This document shows positions 59,686 through 64,000 of a DNA stretch of 64,000 nt, piece after piece. The stretch spans positions 9,651 to 73,650 of the forward strand of contig JAGBGK010000005.1 in NCBI GenBank assembly GCA_017936005.1, given 5' to 3'. The position numbers and the translations under genes are program-made. The notes below the pieces were generated by a model. It was not told where the DNA came from, made no database searches, and was given only the letters and a program-made list of their open reading frames with translations. The stretch comes from Tidjanibacter sp. (GTDB lineage Bacteria; Bacteroidota; Bacteroidia; Bacteroidales; Rikenellaceae). Position 1 is the first letter of the stretch. Every line of letters begins with the position of its first letter.

Positions 59686-59922
59686 TTAGTGAATTTTAGC
59701 GGGTGCTTTTGCCTCTTTGAGAGCTGCATCCAGACCCTTCTTGTTAATTGTTTTGATACCTGCTGCGGTTACTTTGAGAGTAATCCAGCGGTTCTCCTCT
59801 TCGCTCCAAAAACGCTTGGTCTTCAAATTCAAGTTGAATTTGCGTTTGGTGCGCCTGTTCGAGTGGGAAACGTTGTTACCCGACTGAGCAGTTTTACCGG
59901 TGATTTCGCAAATCTTGCTCAT
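59686..59922 (-). CDS. rpmB: 50S ribosomal protein L28
   Basis: [20 protein letters not shown]. Confidence 0.97.
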   Translation of the reverse strand: MSKICEITGKTAQSGNNVSHSNRRTKRKFNLNLKTKRFWSEEENRWITLKVTAAGIKTINKKGLDAALKEAKAPAKIH

Positions 59923-59980
59923 TTACAATAAGTTAATTAAAATGTTAATACTCTATGCCCAAAATAGGCCCGCAAATATA

Positions 59981-60025
59981 CGAAAAAAATGCAAAACACC
60001 AAGCGGGTGTCTTGCATTTTTTTCG
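59981..60025 (-). terminator. Probable terminator downstream of tkt
   Basis: CGAAAAAAATGCAA...TTGCATTTTTTTCG. Confidence 0.65.
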
Positions 60026-60070
60026 GTCTAACGTCTAACGTCTAACGTCTAACGTCTAACGTCTAACGTC
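60026..60070. repeat. Perfect (GTCTAAC)6 array
   Basis: Read directly. Confidence 0.95.
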
Positions 60071-60114
60071 GAGAATATTAATTTCCTTAATATCCTTAAA
60101 GCCAATTATCAATC

Positions 60115-62136
60115 CTATAAAATTGCCTTCACCTCGGCAGCAACGGTGGCACCATTGAAGCCAAACTTCTCGTCCAGCACCTTGTAGGGGGCCGAATAGC
60201 CGAAGTGGTCCACACCGTGAACAAAGCCGTTCTCGCCCACAAGACCGGCCAATGTGACGGGCAGACCGGCAGTCATACCATAGCGGGTCAGCCCCTCGGG
60301 CAGCACACTCTGCTGATACTCCTTGCTCTGGTCACGCAACAAACCCTCGCTGGGTACGCTCACGATGCGTACACCAATGCCCTCCTCTTTGAGCAGCTCG
60401 GCACCCTCCACGAGGGTGGAAACCTCGCTACCGCTGGCGATAAGCACAGCCTTGGGCTCGGGGCAATCCCACACAACATAGCCACCCTTAGCGACCTGTT
60501 TGGCCTCCTCGCGGCGGTTGCCGGAGAGGGTGGGGAGGTCTTTGATATTTTGACGTGAGGTGATGAGTGCCACGGGCCTCTGCTCGGCCATTGCAAGCCT
60601 CCAAGCCTCCACGGTCTCTGCGCCATCACCGGGGCGGAGTACGACCATCGACCTCTCGCCATTGTGGTTTTTGAGGTGCTCCATCAGGCGGATTTGTGCC
60701 TCGTGCTCGATAGGCTGGTGGGTGGGGCCGTCCTCGCCCACGCGGAACGAGTCGTGGCTCCAAATGAAGATTACGTGGATACGCATCAGGGCTGCCAACC
60801 TAACGGCGGGTTTCATATAGTCGGAGAACACGAAGAAGGTACCGCACGCAGGAATAACGCCTCCGTGCAGAGCCATACCGTTCATCACACAAGCCATCGT
60901 GAGCTCCGAAACGCCTGCCTGGAAGAACTGACCACTCCAATCGCCTTTGGTAAAGGCGTGGGTCTTTTTGAGGAATCCGTCGGTTTTGTCGGAGTTGCTC
61001 AGGTCGGCCGAAGCGACAACCATATTCTCCACGCTCTCTGCCAGTGTGCCCAAGACGGTAGCGCAAGCATTACGGGTAGCGCAACCTGCGGCGGGAGCGA
61101 TGGCGTCGTAGTCAACCTCGGGCGCATCACCACTGAGGAACTTGTCGAGTTTGGCGGCCAATGTGGGGTTCTCCTCCCTCCATTTCATCTCCACCTCTTT
61201 GCGCTCGGCAGCCCAAGCCCTCAGCTCCTCGCGACGTGCGGCGTAGGCCTCCTCCACTTCGGGGAAGATTACGAAGGGCTCCTCGGGGTTGCCACCCAAG
61301 CCTGCGATGGTGCAAGCAATGTCGGCACCTGCGGCGGAGATGGGCTGTCCGTGGGTGGATATTTTGTTCTCATAGGAGCTTCCGTCGGCTGCCACAGCAC
61401 CCATACCCATCACGGTTTTACCGATGATGATGGTGGGACGTTCTGTTTCGGCATTGGCGGCTAGGAGTGCCGTACGGATGCTCTCGGCATCGTTACCATT
61501 GCACTCCAACACGTTCCAATTCCAAGCCTTGTATTTGGCTGCAACATCCTCGGTGTCCACAGCGTCAACGGTGGTGGATAGCTGGATGTTGTTGGAGTCG
61601 TAGAACATTATGAGGTTGCTCATTCCGAGGTGACCTGCGATGCGGCCCACGCCCTGTGATATCTCCTCCTCAATGGCACCATCAGAGATGTAGGCATAGG
61701 TTTTGTGTGCGGTCCACTCGCCAAACCTTTGTGCGAGGAATCGCTCTGCCATTGCTGCACCCACAGCCATAGCGTGTCCCTGACCGAGAGGGCCGGAGGT
61801 GTTTTCGATGGCGTGAGTGAGGTCCCTTTCGGGGTGTCCGGGGGTGTGGCTGCCCCACTGACGGAACTTAGTGAGTTCGTCGAGAGGCATAGCCCCTGCG
61901 AGCGTCAACACAGCGTAGAGCATTGGCGACATATGTCCGGGGTCGAGGAAGAGCCTGTCCCTCCACGGGTAGGCATAGTTGTCGGGGTCGTAGCGCAGGA
62001 ATTCGGAGTAGAGTACGTTGATGAAGTCTGCACCACCCATTGCGCCACCGGGGTGTCCCGATTTGGCCTTTTCGACCATAGCTGCTGCAAGGATACGGAT
62101 GTTGTCTGCTGCTTTGCGTGCTGTTGTGTTGTTCAT
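60115..62136 (-). CDS. tkt: Transketolase
   Basis: SGHPG, GHPE, GPLGQG, SADL, GEDGPTHQP. Confidence 0.96.
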   Translation of the reverse strand: MNNTTARKAADNIRILAAAMVEKAKSGHPGGAMGGADFINVLYSEFLRYDPDNYAYPWRDRLFLDPGHMSPMLYAVLTLAGAMPLDELTKFRQWGSHTPGHPERDLTHAIENTSGPLGQGHAMAVGAAMAERFLAQRFGEWTAHKTYAYISDGAIEEEISQGVGRIAGHLGMSNLIMFYDSNNIQLSTTVDAVDTEDVAAKYKAWNWNVLECNGNDAESIRTALLAANAETERPTIIIGKTVMGMGAVAADGSSYENKISTHGQPISAAGADIACTIAGLGGNPEEPFVIFPEVEEAYAARREELRAWAAERKEVEMKWREENPTLAAKLDKFLSGDAPEVDYDAIAPAAGCATRNACATVLGTLAESVENMVVASADLSNSDKTDGFLKKTHAFTKGDWSGQFFQAGVSELTMACVMNGMALHGGVIPACGTFFVFSDYMKPAVRLAALMRIHVIFIWSHDSFRVGEDGPTHQPIEHEAQIRLMEHLKNHNGERSMVVLRPGDGAETVEAWRLAMAEQRPVALITSRQNIKDLPTLSGNRREEAKQVAKGGYVVWDCPEPKAVLIASGSEVSTLVEGAELLKEEGIGVRIVSVPSEGLLRDQSKEYQQSVLPEGLTRYGMTAGLPVTLAGLVGENGFVHGVDHFGYSAPYKVLDEKFGFNGATVAAEVKAIL

Positions 62137-62228
62137 AATTGTTGTTTTTGTATGTAATTAAATCGATTTACCTTATTTTATCCCACAAAGATAGCCAAAA
62201 CTTTGTATGCTTGTACACCTTTGGGTAC

Positions 62229-62260
62229 AAAAAAAAGGAGGTCGTTTCACAACGACCTCC
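62229..62260 (-). terminator. Intrinsic terminator
   Basis: A8-GGAGGTCGTT...AACGACCTCC. Confidence 0.8.
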
Positions 62261-62286
62261 CTCCGATCAAAATTATCATCTAAAAA

Positions 62287-63144
62287 CTACTCGGTAACGA
62301 GAGCTTTATCACAATACCATACATCCTGCAAGTAGCTAAAGCCATCGCCCAATGCAGGTATATAGTAGTACGAACTCGAAACAACTGCGTTGTAGTCGGG
62401 GTGGTAGTAGCAAGCCTCGGGGTCAACGTTGCAATACCTTACAATGGGGGCGCCAGCATCATAATCAACACCGGTCTCAAACTCAATATCGCCATAGCTG
62501 TCGGGAGTTCCCAAGGGGCAGAGAACGCCGTTGGTGAAGCCGAACTCAATGTCCAAAGTTTCGGTAGCACCATTGTAGATGCGATAGTAGGGGAAGCCGT
62601 CTGCTTTGTAAACAGCGCAAGGAACCTCAGCCATACCAAGCATACCAGCCCAGAATTCCGATGCAAGGGTTGCACCGCAGAACTCGTTCCAAGTGTAGTC
62701 CCTCAAAATCGAGAGAGCGCACAGAGTAACGTCGTCCTTAATCTGAGTATCCTCCATCTGCAAGTAGAAACCAACTTTGGTACCTGCGGTGAACTGACGG
62801 CGGTCAAAGGTGAGAGTAGCAACAGCCTCATACTGGTTAGCCTCAAATTTGGCCTGCTCGATAACCATCAAAGCATAGGCGGGATTTGCCGAGATGCTTG
62901 CACCATCTGCATCCAAAATCTGGATGTTGGTGGTGAAGGCCTCGGTAGCGATACCACGCGACACGGGGATTGCGATAACGGTCTCCTCTTCGGGACCGAA
63001 AGCAAAGTCGATTTTGCTCTTGTCAAAGACAACCTCGCTGCTCTTACCCTCGAAGATTGGACCGTGCCAACCCTCGGGCTCGTAGTTACACGATGTGAGT
63101 GCAACCACAGCGGCGAGCATCAATATATTAAATATCTTTTTCAT
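62287..63144 (-). CDS. Hypothetical surface lipoprotein downstream of SusD
   Basis: LTSC lipobox; position after RagB/SusD. Confidence 0.75.
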   Translation of the reverse strand: MKKIFNILMLAAVVALTSCNYEPEGWHGPIFEGKSSEVVFDKSKIDFAFGPEEETVIAIPVSRGIATEAFTTNIQILDADGASISANPAYALMVIEQAKFEANQYEAVATLTFDRRQFTAGTKVGFYLQMEDTQIKDDVTLCALSILRDYTWNEFCGATLASEFWAGMLGMAEVPCAVYKADGFPYYRIYNGATETLDIEFGFTNGVLCPLGTPDSYGDIEFETGVDYDAGAPIVRYCNVDPEACYYHPDYNAVVSSSYYYIPALGDGFSYLQDVWYCDKALVTE

Positions 63145-63179
63145 AACATTAATCTCTTTTATTTGGGTTTAACACTCTC

Positions 63180-63998
63180 TTAGCGGGGGTTCTGATCTTC
63201 TACACTGTCAATAGCAGGGTTGTTGTCGAACTCCTTCTGGGGCAAAAGGTAGGTGAAGGTGTAGTCACCGGGAGCCTTCTCGGTACCATCCAGACGTACA
63301 TAACCGAGGTTAAGACGTTTGAGGTCATACAGACGGCCGAAGCCCTCGCTCCACAACTCAACCCTCCTCTGCCAGAGTACCTCGTCCATAACGGTACGGG
63401 GGTGGAGTGCAGCCCTGGTGTCGGTGTTGAATGCATCGGAATCCTCGAGTGCAGCCAAACGCTCTGCGTAGGCAGTGTCACGAACGCTACCAAGTTTGGT
63501 GAGCTGTGCGCGAGCTTCGGTGTAGTTCTTCAAGCGGCAAGCAGCCTCAGCAGCAATCAGGATAGCCTCCTCTGCACGTACCAAGATGTGGTCAGCAACG
63601 CTGGTTGCAGCCTCGCGGATGCGAATCTTGTTCTGAACAGGGTTGTCGTTCTCGTCCCAGATGAACCAAGCGGTACGCTCGTCGGTCTCGGGAATACTTG
63701 TTGCCAAGTAGGGGCACCAGCACTGGGGAGCTTTGCTACCGTAGCCACCGGTGATGTCCATGTGGGTGTGGTAGGGACCGTAAGGACCGGTCTGGTCTGC
63801 CAACACCTCGAAGCCCCACATAATGGTGGGAACTTTGATGCTGTTGAAGCCATCCAACTCTGCAACGGTTGCAACGGTTTTGCTCAAAGTGGGTTTGGTC
63901 AAAGCCTCGGTTGCGAGGTCGTATGCCCTCTGCCACTCACCCTCTGCCAATGCAGTGTAGGCCCACAATACGCAGGTTGCGTAGAGGTCGAGGTGAGA
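63180..63998 (-). CDS. RagB/SusD family lipoprotein (5' partial)
   Basis: R.EE..LI.AEA, RRVELW.EG.R..DLKR, LPQ.E...NP; frame open to window edge. Confidence 0.88.
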   Translation of the reverse strand, partial: SHLDLYATCVLWAYTALAEGEWQRAYDLATEALTKPTLSKTVATVAELDGFNSIKVPTIMWGFEVLADQTGPYGPYHTHMDITGGYGSKAPQCWCPYLATSIPETDERTAWFIWDENDNPVQNKIRIREAATSVADHILVRAEEAILIAAEAACRLKNYTEARAQLTKLGSVRDTAYAERLAALEDSDAFNTDTRAALHPRTVMDEVLWQRRVELWSEGFGRLYDLKRLNLGYVRLDGTEKAPGDYTFTYLLPQKEFDNNPAIDSVEDQNPR

Positions 63999-64000
63999 AA

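Overview
A 64-kb chromosomal window from a Bacteroidales bacterium, probably Rikenellaceae/Alistipes-like. The assignment rests on TAnnTTTG -7 promoters, V-type ATPase gene order E-DUF2764-A-B-D-I-K, rpmB-rpmG-DUF4295 and a SusD fragment. Most genes are housekeeping (prmC, recX, holA, tilS, murB, V-ATPase, glyQS with a 1-nt frameshift, coaD, lpxD, ruvC, relA, mutS2, tkt, ribosomal proteins). Accessory genes include a divergent heparinase II/III pair, an M6 protease, orphan wza-wzc, pepO, nadX, and a hut operon interrupted by a pectinesterase lipoprotein. I saw no rRNA, tRNA, transposase, integrase, reverse transcriptase or cas genes. The most striking unexplained structure is non-coding. Several intergenic spaces are mosaic cassettes built from one parts list: 7-bp tandem arrays (ACCGTCR, GTCYAAC, TTTTCMA and others), 9-bp arrays, a 22-28 bp GGGTATC hairpin, REP-like dimers, and a ~130-bp palindrome with compensatory base changes that begins at TAA stop codons. 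The parts keep a consistent polarity, and one locus forms a direct-repeat array with variable hairpin interiors (18864-19293). All calls come from reading the sequence by eye; no database searches were run.
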